This document shows, piece after piece, positions 32,451-39,876 of a stretch of 45,509 bases of DNA. This stretch comes from a virus. Location of the stretch: IMG/VR virus record IMGVR_UViG_3300045988_016812. One strand, given 5' to 3'. Below the pieces are notes generated by a model, which did not search any database, was not told where the DNA came from, and saw only the letters and a program-made list of their open reading frames with translations. How positions within the stretch are numbered: position 1 is the stretch's first letter; each line of letters opens with the position of its first letter. Both the position numbers and the translations under genes were made by a program.

Positions 32451-32493
32451 TCATTTTATCATCCCTCTTATTGCAAAATCGCCCCCACATTTT
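32451..32493 (-). promoter_or_regulatory. Promoter-like motif copy B: AAAATGTGGGGG-N20-TGATAAAATGA (candidate late promoter of the packaging operon)
   Basis: Same two boxes as 23681-23722; 17 nt upstream of the ATG at 32434. Confidence 0.45.
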
Positions 32494-32626
32494 CAGAGGC
32501 AGAAAGTTACAAGCAGGACGAAATGTAAATCCGGGACGTCCACAAGGGTGTCACATCTGGATGATTCTCTGCCGATATGATAGCCTGTCCGGGAGGATCA
32601 TCCTACCGACCTATTTCTCTTTTAAA

Positions 32627-32679
32627 AGTGTATATTTCACACTTTATCTCTTGACAAAGTGTGAAATATACACTACAAT
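32627..32679 (+). promoter_or_regulatory. Consensus promoter overlapped by a perfect 19-bp inverted repeat (operator)
   Basis: TTGACA (32651-56), 17 nt, TACAAT (32674-79); arms AGTGTATATTTCACACTTT (32627-45) and AAAGTGTGAAATATACACT (32656-74). Confidence 0.65.
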
Positions 32680-32723
32680 ATAGATATAAGATAAAGGTAA
32701 ACAAAACGCAGGAGGTAACAAAT

Positions 32724-32915
32724 ATGGATTGGAGAGAAGAAGAAGCCAGAGAGATCGCGCAGGAAATCAGAGCACTGGATACATGGGACATGGAACTTTT
32801 AAAAAAATTATGCGCCCTTGCGAACATGGAAGAAGAGTGGGAGCAAGCGGACGGAGAAACATTTGAAGAAGTGGCAAACAAAGCCGCTGAAACACTCGGA
32901 GTTGAATTGTACTAA
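32724..32915 (+). CDS. Small highly acidic protein, 63 aa
   Basis: CAGGAGG RBS; MDWREEEAREIAQEIRALDTWDMELLKKLCALANMEEEWEQADGETFEEVANKAAETLGVELY. Confidence 0.55.
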   Translation: MDWREEEAREIAQEIRALDTWDMELLKKLCALANMEEEWEQADGETFEEVANKAAETLGVELY

Positions 32916-32934
32916 AACGCAGGAGGAAGAAAAT

Positions 32935-33228
32935 ATGAAGATCAATGGTATCGGTATCGTAAGCAAAAAGGTAGCTATGGGGATCTTAACCAGAGAAGGT
33001 CGTGAAGCTGTTAAGAATGGTGATATCACACTGGAAGAGCTCGGTGAGATGTACAAATTAAATCAGGTTAAGAAGTGCAGTAAGATCGGCACATGCGGAG
33101 ATACATTTCGTGTAAATTACAATCGGATCCCGGATAACCTCAAGGAATCCCTTAGTCCAGAAGATCTTGGAAGTCTGGTAGATGCTTTCTGTCAGTGCTA
33201 TGGAGATGGAAAAAACGCTCAGGAATAG
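32935..33228 (+). CDS. Hypothetical protein, 97 aa
   Basis: CAGGAGG RBS in the same context as the previous gene. Confidence 0.55.
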   Translation: MKINGIGIVSKKVAMGILTREGREAVKNGDITLEELGEMYKLNQVKKCSKIGTCGDTFRVNYNRIPDNLKESLSPEDLGSLVDAFCQCYGDGKNAQE

Positions 33229-33271
33229 CTCCTGAGCGTCTCCCCAATTTGGCTTTATATTGGCAAAACTA

Positions 33272-33446
33272 TCAACATTTCAACCCGCGTCCGCCGGATT
33301 GCTGGCGGCTCCGGATATACAGCGTCCAGTATATCCGACATAGACATTTGCCAAGCACATACTTGTTGGTATATTTGTCAACATTTCAACCCGTGACCGC
33401 CGGATCGCTGACGGTTCCAGATATACAGCATCCAGTATATCCGACA
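33272..33446 (+). repeat. Two 69-bp direct repeats (33272-33340, 33378-33446; period 106 bp), each with an 8-bp-stem palindrome
   Basis: tcaacatttcaaccc...ccggatatacagcgtccagtatatccgaca vs tcaacatttcaaccc...ccagatatacagcatccagtatatccgaca. Confidence 0.8.
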
Positions 33447-33470
33447 CCATTATTATAACAGGAGTTGCTT

Positions 33471-34478
33471 ATGAAATCAACAAGATCAGCAGAAAATAAA
33501 ATAAAAACTGCCCGGCTTGCCGCCGGGATGACTCAGGCAGAGATGTCCGAAAAGTACGGCATCCCAGCCGACACTATAAAGTCATGGGATCGGGGAAAAG
33601 CATACCCGCCGCTGTGGGTGGAATCCTTGATTCTTGACAAGTTGCGAGAGGAAAGCCTCATAAGAAAGAAGCTGGTGAGCATGTATGGGAATCTTGATCG
33701 GTTCCCAACATACGATGTTGTCACGGCGAACGGCGCCGCTGTCAAGTCTGTTACGATCATCGGGAACGATAAGTGCACGGATGAGAACGGTTTCTTTCTG
33801 TATGCACTGGCTGATGACGAAAAGCTTTATAAAGCATATTACAACGCTTCCGATCACGATCTGGCTAAGCCTTTAATCATGATCGACATCACTGACGATT
33901 TTATCAAGCGTAAAAAGCCGCACGACTCGGCGGAGCTGGAAGAGTATTGCAAGGGGATCATCTATGGCACCGGATGTCTCGTGAATGATGAGGGGAAAAG
34001 CTATGTAACGGTGCGCAACATCGACCCTTGGTATGCGAACATAGTCGCAGAGTGGGACGGGAAAGTAAGCGCCTACCAGTCCAAATATAATCTTGAACGC
34101 GATGGCGCCGAACAGTGGGTAGTAAAACTTCCCAACCTGTCTCGCTTCCCGGAGCTTGACGACATCAAAACCTTTTCCGCTTTTGCGAGAGCTTATATCG
34201 AGATCCACGGTATTCTGGACTCTCACATTATTAAGGGATGTCAAAATAGGCGCACACGGCTGCGTATCTATGGGAATCTTGATGTTCTCTCTCTCCTTAA
34301 TGATGTTCTCCCCGCCAAGCCTAAGAAAATCCAAGAAATCAACACGCAGACCGGCACGACATACTGCCTCAGCTATCAGTCAAAGACAGAAGTTTGTGAG
34401 ATTCTGGACTGGATTGATGGATCTCCGCGAAACGAGAGTGTTTGGGAGCGCTGGAATAAAACATTGGATTGCAAATAA
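33471..34478 (+). CDS. XRE-type HTH fused to a degenerate double-LAGLIDADG-like domain, 335 aa
   Basis: AGGAG RBS; N-terminus IKTARLAAGMTQAEMSEKYGIPADTIKSWDRG; later CKGIIYGTGCLVNDEGKSYVTV and FARAYIEIHGILDS...RLRIYGN...LLNDVL mimic the two LAGLIDADG helices without the acidic residues. Confidence 0.5.
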   Translation: MKSTRSAENKIKTARLAAGMTQAEMSEKYGIPADTIKSWDRGKAYPPLWVESLILDKLREESLIRKKLVSMYGNLDRFPTYDVVTANGAAVKSVTIIGNDKCTDENGFFLYALADDEKLYKAYYNASDHDLAKPLIMIDITDDFIKRKKPHDSAELEEYCKGIIYGTGCLVNDEGKSYVTVRNIDPWYANIVAEWDGKVSAYQSKYNLERDGAEQWVVKLPNLSRFPELDDIKTFSAFARAYIEIHGILDSHIIKGCQNRRTRLRIYGNLDVLSLLNDVLPAKPKKIQEINTQTGTTYCLSYQSKTEVCEILDWIDGSPRNESVWERWNKTLDCK

Positions 34479-34482
34479 TTCA

Positions 34483-34515
34483 AAAGCCCTAGAGGATCAT
34501 CTCCTCCGGGGCTTT
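34483..34515. terminator. Hairpin between convergent plus and minus genes
   Basis: AAAGCCC-t-AGAGGA ... TCCTC-c-GGGGCTTT. Confidence 0.45.
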
Positions 34516-34525
34516 CTTCTATCCG

Positions 34526-34657
34526 TTAATCATCATCCCAGTTTCCAAACGGGCATGTTTCACACCAGCATTGCAGTTCTCCATCATCGTCGATGTAGTA
34601 ATCATCCCCATACCCGCTACACTCGTAGCAATAATCATGATCGTACATCTGTACCAT
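34526..34657 (-). CDS. 43-aa acidic Cys-rich micro-protein (MVQMYDHDYCYECSGYGDDYYIDDDGELQCWCETCPFGNWDDD)
   Basis: AAGGAG RBS; CxxC ... CxC..C pattern. Confidence 0.35.
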   Translation of the reverse strand: MVQMYDHDYCYECSGYGDDYYIDDDGELQCWCETCPFGNWDDD

Positions 34658-34733
34658 CTCCTTATGCAAATTTCAGATTTGCCCGGATTCATATGATTCT
34701 TTTAGCTTTTCATAGCCTCCAAAATCTTAATAG

Positions 34734-34922
34734 TTATTTCAACCGCTTGCATCGTTCATATTCTTGACCATATCCGCCATGAGCCACATAAAAAGCCGGA
34801 CACTGCTCTTTCAAACACGCTTCAAAACTTGTTCTCGTAATATCTCCATTCCCTACACACATCGCCGGAAATGTTTCTGTTACCACCCTAAAAGGGCAAT
34901 ATTTTATTTCTTCATCTCTCAT
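34734..34922 (-). CDS. Hypothetical Cys-containing protein, 62 aa
   Basis: GGGAG RBS; track ORF. Confidence 0.45.
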   Translation of the reverse strand: MRDEEIKYCPFRVVTETFPAMCVGNGDITRTSFEACLKEQCPAFYVAHGGYGQEYERCKRLK

Positions 34923-34939
34923 GCTATTTCTCCCAAATC

Positions 34940-35155
34940 TTAATTCAATTTTGTAATAATCTCTGATCTTATCCTCTCAAAGATTGCAAATTTACCAAGT
35001 CTTCTCTGACTTAGATCCTCTAATCTTTCTTGTGCCTCTTCGATGTTTTCTGACTCACTGTACGGATACCAACGATCGTGTATGGCACTATACCTAGCGA
35101 TAACATACGTTATCTCTGTGTGCTCATTCCTTTCTTTGAAGCCTTCTATAAGCAT
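34940..35155 (-). CDS. Hypothetical protein, 71 aa
   Basis: ATG 35155 after GGAGGAG. Confidence 0.45.
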   Translation of the reverse strand: MLIEGFKERNEHTEITYVIARYSAIHDRWYPYSESENIEEAQERLEDLSQRRLGKFAIFERIRSEIITKLN

Positions 35156-35170
35156 AATCTCCTCCAAATC

Positions 35171-35431
35171 TTAATTTTGGTTGTTTCCTAACCGTTTAGC
35201 GGCCTCGTCCATCAGACTCTCAAAATTGGATATCGGAAAGCCCATGACCGTATTCCCAATTCTGTATTCATACGCAGCGCGGCTCAAACCTCTTAATTCT
35301 TCTATGATTTTCTCTGTTTTATCATGTTCATAGCTGTACCAATGCGTGCGTTCATGTGCCTCGCATTCGGTAATGGTATTAAATTCTCTATAGCAATACT
35401 CACATGTGTATGTAATCTTTTTATTCGGCAT
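35171..35431 (-). CDS. C2H2-type zinc-finger-like protein, 86 aa
   Basis: YTCEYCYREFNTITECEAHERTH (CxxC...HxxxH). Confidence 0.45.
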   Translation of the reverse strand: MPNKKITYTCEYCYREFNTITECEAHERTHWYSYEHDKTEKIIEELRGLSRAAYEYRIGNTVMGFPISNFESLMDEAAKRLGNNQN

Positions 35432-35435
35432 TTTT

Positions 35436-35675
35436 CTATTTTCCTCCAAATATATCATCAAGGTTTTTTAGACTTTTCTGCATCTTATTCCAATTCACAA
35501 GGGCAAGATATTGCGACTTAAAGTCGAGACATCCACCTCGTCCGCAATTAGGGCAGAAAGCGCTCCATTCTTGTCCCTTTGTTACTTTGAGCTGCGGCAT
35601 CCCGTAATATACACTATCTGCTGCTGTCGGCTCATGGTCTATGCACACGCACGTCTCTATATGATCTACCTTCAT
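35436..35675 (-). CDS. Zinc-ribbon protein, possibly Lar-like (restriction alleviation family)
   Basis: FCPNCGRGG ... YLALVNWNKMQ resembles the Lar-family CPFCG ... A..WN pattern; weak. Confidence 0.35.
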   Translation of the reverse strand: MKVDHIETCVCIDHEPTAADSVYYGMPQLKVTKGQEWSAFCPNCGRGGCLDFKSQYLALVNWNKMQKSLKNLDDIFGGK

Positions 35676-36070
35676 TTGCCATTACCTCTAAATCTTTCTG
35701 CATCATCCAGAAAATCCTCATAGACCTTACAATCCTTGCAGGTCTGCTCGTTGCATTTCGGGATGTAGTTACAATATGGACATCTCGTAACATCCTCCAA
35801 TCTTAAATTCTCCTTTACAAGCCGCAATACTGTATCAATAACTGCATTCTCAATGACTTTGTGTATGGATTCTCTGTTTTCAGTTATCAAAATCAATTCG
35901 TTCTTGATGGTACAGTCGCAAAAGTAGACGTTTCTACATATCCATTTTCCATCGCGCCGTTCCACACAATATCCTTTGCTTTTCGAGGATTCCGTTCTTC
36001 CGGTCCATCCGGCACCTGTCTTTACAAAATAGTACGGGTGGTTTACAAATGGGTTTCTATAAATTTTCAT
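35672..36070 (-). CDS. Cys-rich hypothetical protein, 132 aa
   Basis: ATG 36070 after GGAGGAGAG; C-terminal CPYCNY..KCNEQTCKDC cluster. Confidence 0.5.
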   Translation of the reverse strand: MKIYRNPFVNHPYYFVKTGAGWTGRTESSKSKGYCVERRDGKWICRNVYFCDCTIKNELILITENRESIHKVIENAVIDTVLRLVKENLRLEDVTRCPYCNYIPKCNEQTCKDCKVYEDFLDDAERFRGNGK

Positions 36071-36090
36071 TCTGTTCTCTCCTCCATATC

Positions 36091-36381
36091 TTAAAAACAG
36101 TACGTGATCCACATATACATTGTGCTTCCACCTCCTTCTATCGGATAATAATATGTTCCGTATCCAGAATCTTCTCCGCGCATAGTCTGATCGCAATATT
36201 CTCCATCATCAAGTTGCTCCTCTCCTGATACCTCCTCGCAAATTCCGAACCCGGTAACCATAATGCCGTCAAAGCCGTTTTCGTTCGCCCACGCTTCTAA
36301 CTCTTCGAAAAGTTTATCCATCTCATTCTTTAATGTTTCATAGCGCTCTGCCTTTTGGGCTAATCCTTTGGATATAATCAT
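36091..36381 (-). CDS. Hypothetical acidic protein, 96 aa
   Basis: AAGGAGGAG RBS. Confidence 0.5.
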   Translation of the reverse strand: MIISKGLAQKAERYETLKNEMDKLFEELEAWANENGFDGIMVTGFGICEEVSGEEQLDDGEYCDQTMRGEDSGYGTYYYPIEGGGSTMYMWITYCF

Positions 36382-36394
36382 ATTTTGCTCCTCC

Positions 36395-37432
36395 TTATGC
36401 GCTCAACCTCTGGCGTACGCTTCTCAGCGACTCCGTTGTGGACTGAGCGTAATACATACTGGTGACTGCCGGTGACGCGTGTCCGAGGATCTCTTGGATA
36501 ATGCCGATATCAAGGCCGTGCTGCTTGAGATCCATTCCCAGTGTCTTACGCATCTTGTGCGGATACACACGGCACTGGATCTTCGCACGCTTGCCGATTT
36601 TTCTCATGATAGTCCGGTACGTTGCCGTCCCCATCCTCCCTCGCTTTGCTCCCACGGTCTGGGTAAAGAGGTACGGGCTGTTATCCTTCCTCTCATCAAG
36701 ATACGCTGCAAGATAATATCTCGCCTCCGCATCCAGATATAATGTTCTGGCACGTCCGCCCTTCTCGCCAATGATCGGGATGTCCCCGGTATGCATATCC
36801 ACTTGATCTAGGCGGATATCTGCGATCTCACCTACACGCGCACCCGTGGAACGGAATACCTCGATAATGGCACGATCCCGTTTCGTTTTGCACGCGTCCC
36901 GCAGCTCAATGATCTCCTCCCGGCTATAGTAGTCGATTTTCCCCATCGCAACCTTTTTCGCGTCCACATTATCGACCGGGTTGTCCTGTATGATCTTTGA
37001 TTTCCGCATCCACGTAAAGAATGCAGAGAGATTCCGGCGCTCATTATTATAGGTTCGGTTCGTGATCTGCTCCGTCCTCACGCCTTTATGCTTCTCATAC
37101 TGTGCCAGATACCAATCAATATCCAGCGTGTCAATGAGATCAAGACGTTTCCCTGTAGCCAGTACCAAGCGGCGTACCGATCCCATATACGCCTCAATCG
37201 TGCGCTTTTTTAGGTGGCGTTTCTGGATCATAAAGAGCTGCACGAGATAGGCATTCCGCTGATCCACGCTACTTTTAACCTCTGCCGGAAGAGTCGTGAT
37301 CTCTTCGACATTCACCTTCATAAGCTCATTAGCCAGCACAAGCTCCAATACATCAAGGGCTTCTCTGTCCTGGATATATACGGACATTGTAACGGTTACA
37401 TTATTGATAATATCGGATTTAATGTTACTCAT
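36395..37432 (-). CDS. Second tyrosine recombinase (XerC/XerD-like), 345 aa
   Basis: AAGGAGG RBS; RDRAIIEVFRSTGARVGE ... HKMRKTLG ... LGHASPAVTSMYY (R, HxxR, Y catalytic pattern). Confidence 0.85.
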   Translation of the reverse strand: MSNIKSDIINNVTVTMSVYIQDREALDVLELVLANELMKVNVEEITTLPAEVKSSVDQRNAYLVQLFMIQKRHLKKRTIEAYMGSVRRLVLATGKRLDLIDTLDIDWYLAQYEKHKGVRTEQITNRTYNNERRNLSAFFTWMRKSKIIQDNPVDNVDAKKVAMGKIDYYSREEIIELRDACKTKRDRAIIEVFRSTGARVGEIADIRLDQVDMHTGDIPIIGEKGGRARTLYLDAEARYYLAAYLDERKDNSPYLFTQTVGAKRGRMGTATYRTIMRKIGKRAKIQCRVYPHKMRKTLGMDLKQHGLDIGIIQEILGHASPAVTSMYYAQSTTESLRSVRQRLSA

Positions 37433-37532
37433 AAGTACCTCCTTGATTTTGGCGCTCAAGTCGGCTATAATGGACTTAAGCAAATGTTTTTAGCGGCGGA
37501 ATCATCTTGGCGGGTGGTCCGCCGCTATTTTT

Positions 37533-37733
37533 CTATTCTGTATCGTCAAACATTGATATCTGCCCTTCGATATTGTCATCTTCCATCCACCAGCTGAAGA
37601 CTTCCTCTGCGCTTTTCCAACCAGAGTCAGCTCGCAAACTTCTCACAGATCTTACACGCAGCATCTTTTCAAAAGCTCGCTTATATGCCCGCTCGTATGT
37701 CGGGAAATCCGTAAACTCTTTCTTTCTTTCTTT
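37533..37733 (-). other. C-terminal continuation of the PAPS-reductase-like protein in the -1 frame
   Basis: ...KKEFTDFPTYERAYKRAFEKMLRV...EEVFSWWMEDD reads on naturally from ...CIGCPLAGKKERK if one nt or one AAAG unit is added. Confidence 0.55.
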
Positions 37734-38422
37734 CCTGCAAGAGGGCATCCGATACAGCCTACACGGGTATATCCCATCTGATACAAGGGATTGTGCTTTT
37801 TGCACTCGTGCCAGTAGAAATCCCATACATCGGAATCTCTCCAGTCTATAATCGGATTGCATACGGTTTTTGCTTTTAACTCACATTTTTCGATCAGCCG
37901 CCTGCTTATATCATTGTCATTTACAAGCATAATTTCCATACTTGCAGCAATACGTCTATCTTTTGCTGATGCAACATATTCAAAGACTTCCCTTCCGCGT
38001 CTTTTCACGCTTTCTGCCCATCGTACTCCGGTTGCAATCATGCGATTTGCGCCGTCTCCTTCTTTTAGTTCCTTACAACAGTACCTCGCTGTTCTAGTAG
38101 GCGGAATAAGTTTATTCGGTATGAGATTCCACATCGTCAATAAGTGTCCATCTGGCCGTCTATGGTAGTTGATATCGCAGTGGATCCCCATAAGCTCCAG
38201 GTCTCGAAACACATCTCTAATATGATATACAGTCGGCGGTGCATCTACCGTGGTGTGCGAGTTGTGAACCTCAAATGGAACGCCGGAACGCTTGAAAAGT
38301 TCCAGCATCACATCGCTATCTTTTCCGCCGGAGTATGTACAGATCAGCGGCTTGCCATAGTGATGTAGGCTCATCTCCGATGCCATTTTGATTCTCTCGA
38401 TGCTCTTCTGTTCTAAGTCCAT
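37652..38422 (-). CDS. PAPS-reductase / DndC-like family protein (as annotated frame; ends prematurely after a frameshift site)
   Basis: GGAGGAG RBS; LICTYSGGKDSDVMLEL (PP-loop SGGKDS) ; C-terminal CIGCPLAG; tail ...SLRISRHTSGHISELLKRCCV looks out of frame. Confidence 0.75.
   Translation of the reverse strand: MDLEQKSIERIKMASEMSLHHYGKPLICTYSGGKDSDVMLELFKRSGVPFEVHNSHTTVDAPPTVYHIRDVFRDLELMGIHCDINYHRRPDGHLLTMWNLIPNKLIPPTRTARYCCKELKEGDGANRMIATGVRWAESVKRRGREVFEYVASAKDRRIAASMEIMLVNDNDISRRLIEKCELKAKTVCNPIIDWRDSDVWDFYWHECKKHNPLYQMGYTRVGCIGCPLAGKKERKSLRISRHTSGHISELLKRCCV
37718..37733. repeat. (CTTT)4 = (AAAG)4 on the coding strand, at the frameshift point
   Basis: ctttctttctttcttt read directly. Confidence 0.9.
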
Positions 38423-38423
38423 T

Positions 38424-38828
38424 TCACTCCTCCATCAGTTTCTTGTTGTCGAACTCATTCCCGATCACCTCGAAGTGCTCCCCGTCCCACTCGTCCAGTT
38501 CTTCCGGCATGTGGTCTTTAATTGGGAGCTGTCGCGTCACGAATTTGTATCCTTCCCATCTCACGACTTCCCGAGTTTCGTCATCCGGGAAATTCGGATC
38601 CAGATGCCCGGAGAGAATGTCGTGCTCGTAAATCAGCCGCCCGTTTTTATCTTGGAGTCCGGTGCACTGGCAAATTGTCTTTGGATCAATAAGGCACTCG
38701 TATCCAGTAAATGCATCGACTATATATCGCTCATCCGCCAGAAATCCAGCCACCCATATTCCATCTAAATGGCTATTTTTTAAAACATGCATGTGTTTTG
38801 CTTTATAGTAATAGTGATCATTCATCAT
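38424..38828 (-). CDS. YopX-family protein
   Basis: GLQDKNGRLIYEHDIL ... HFEVIGNEFDNKKLMEE matches the YopX pattern (G..IYEGDI ... IGNI.dNpeLL). Confidence 0.7.
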   Translation of the reverse strand: MMNDHYYYKAKHMHVLKNSHLDGIWVAGFLADERYIVDAFTGYECLIDPKTICQCTGLQDKNGRLIYEHDILSGHLDPNFPDDETREVVRWEGYKFVTRQLPIKDHMPEELDEWDGEHFEVIGNEFDNKKLMEE

Positions 38829-39088
38829 CCCTTATCTTTCTCTGGCTCATCAGTGTAGACTTTTCTGATTATTGCATCCCCCCAGATGGTGTGCCTTACC
38901 TCTACAAAATGATCGCGAATGACTTCTCGCAACTTTTGACTACATGTTTCGCACAGATCGAATTCATGGGTTGCGCGTGGGATTAACCGATTAAAAACAG
39001 GGATTCGCTCTGTCTTAATATCTCTGTAGTTATTACTTTCTTTTCCGCACACATCGCACTTATATGTGATTTTGTGGTCCGTTGACAT
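38825..39088 (-). CDS. Zinc-ribbon protein, 87 aa
   Basis: CDVCGK ... CETCSQ. Confidence 0.5.
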   Translation of the reverse strand: MSTDHKITYKCDVCGKESNNYRDIKTERIPVFNRLIPRATHEFDLCETCSQKLREVIRDHFVEVRHTIWGDAIIRKVYTDEPEKDKG

Positions 39089-39549
39089 TACTTTCCCTCC
39101 TTATACGGTTCTGGCAGTGGCATCCAAGCAATTACTGTTTCGTAGTTCTCAACATCGTCCCAAGCGTATTTGGGATCAAAGTACGAGAGTTTGATTTTGC
39201 GATATCCGAGATAGTTGTCGCGTGTGCAAATCAGATAACTCCCCGCTTCCGTTGGGAAACTATCGTTCATGGGAATCCACCGCGTTTTCTCCTGCGCTTT
39301 CTCGATCTCCTCCGACAGCTCCGCAACCTTCTCCAGCATCTTTCTCGCTTCTTCCTGCGTTTCCGCATTCAACTTGTCAATCTCGTCCGGCATCAACCCG
39401 GTATCCTCGTAGTCCTTGAGCTTGTATAAGGCTCCGTAGAGCTTCCGCCACACTTCATCGGTGATTTTTGCGCCGGGCGCGATCTGTTTCCAGTCCACGC
39501 CCTTCAATCCCCATCTTCCGCTATCTCTCTTTTCTGTCAGTCTGTTCAT
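39088..39549 (-). CDS. DUF551-like phage protein, 153 aa
   Basis: GGGAGG RBS before MNRLTEKR; C-terminus WIPMNDSFP...VIAWMPLPEPY is DUF551-like. Confidence 0.45.
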   Translation of the reverse strand: MNRLTEKRDSGRWGLKGVDWKQIAPGAKITDEVWRKLYGALYKLKDYEDTGLMPDEIDKLNAETQEEARKMLEKVAELSEEIEKAQEKTRWIPMNDSFPTEAGSYLICTRDNYLGYRKIKLSYFDPKYAWDDVENYETVIAWMPLPEPYKEGK

Positions 39550-39706
39550 TCTCTGCCTCCCACAACATTCTATCCACCGCCAGCTCAAGGATTCTTATGA
39601 TTGCCTGGAACTCATTGCGAGTCAATAGGCATCCCTTTGTCATGTCGTGTATAATCTTTCTTAAGTATCTATTATCACTCGTTGTTACCAGTTCATTCCC
39701 CGTCAT
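39521..39706 (-). CDS. Hypothetical protein, 61 aa
   Basis: ATG 39706 after CGGAGG; overlaps next gene. Confidence 0.4.
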   Translation of the reverse strand: MTGNELVTTSDNRYLRKIIHDMTKGCLLTRNEFQAIIRILELAVDRMLWEAENEQTDRKER

Positions 39707-39708
39707 AC

Positions 39709-39873
39709 TCACGCCTCCGGTTCCTTCTTTTTCGCTGAAAATGCGATGTTCACAACAAGCTCGGCGTCATCATAACCTAATGTGATAACGCAATTATCTG
39801 TTTTGTTTTTTATGCACATCTCTAAGATGTCTGCAAGCCCTTGCTGAAATTCTCTCGAAAACTCTTTTTCCAT
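39709..39873 (-). CDS. Hypothetical protein, 54 aa (MEKEFSREFQQGLADILEMC...)
   Basis: GGGAGGTG RBS; fills gap. Confidence 0.4.
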   Translation of the reverse strand: MEKEFSREFQQGLADILEMCIKNKTDNCVITLGYDDAELVVNIAFSAKKKEPEA

Positions 39874-39876
39874 TAT

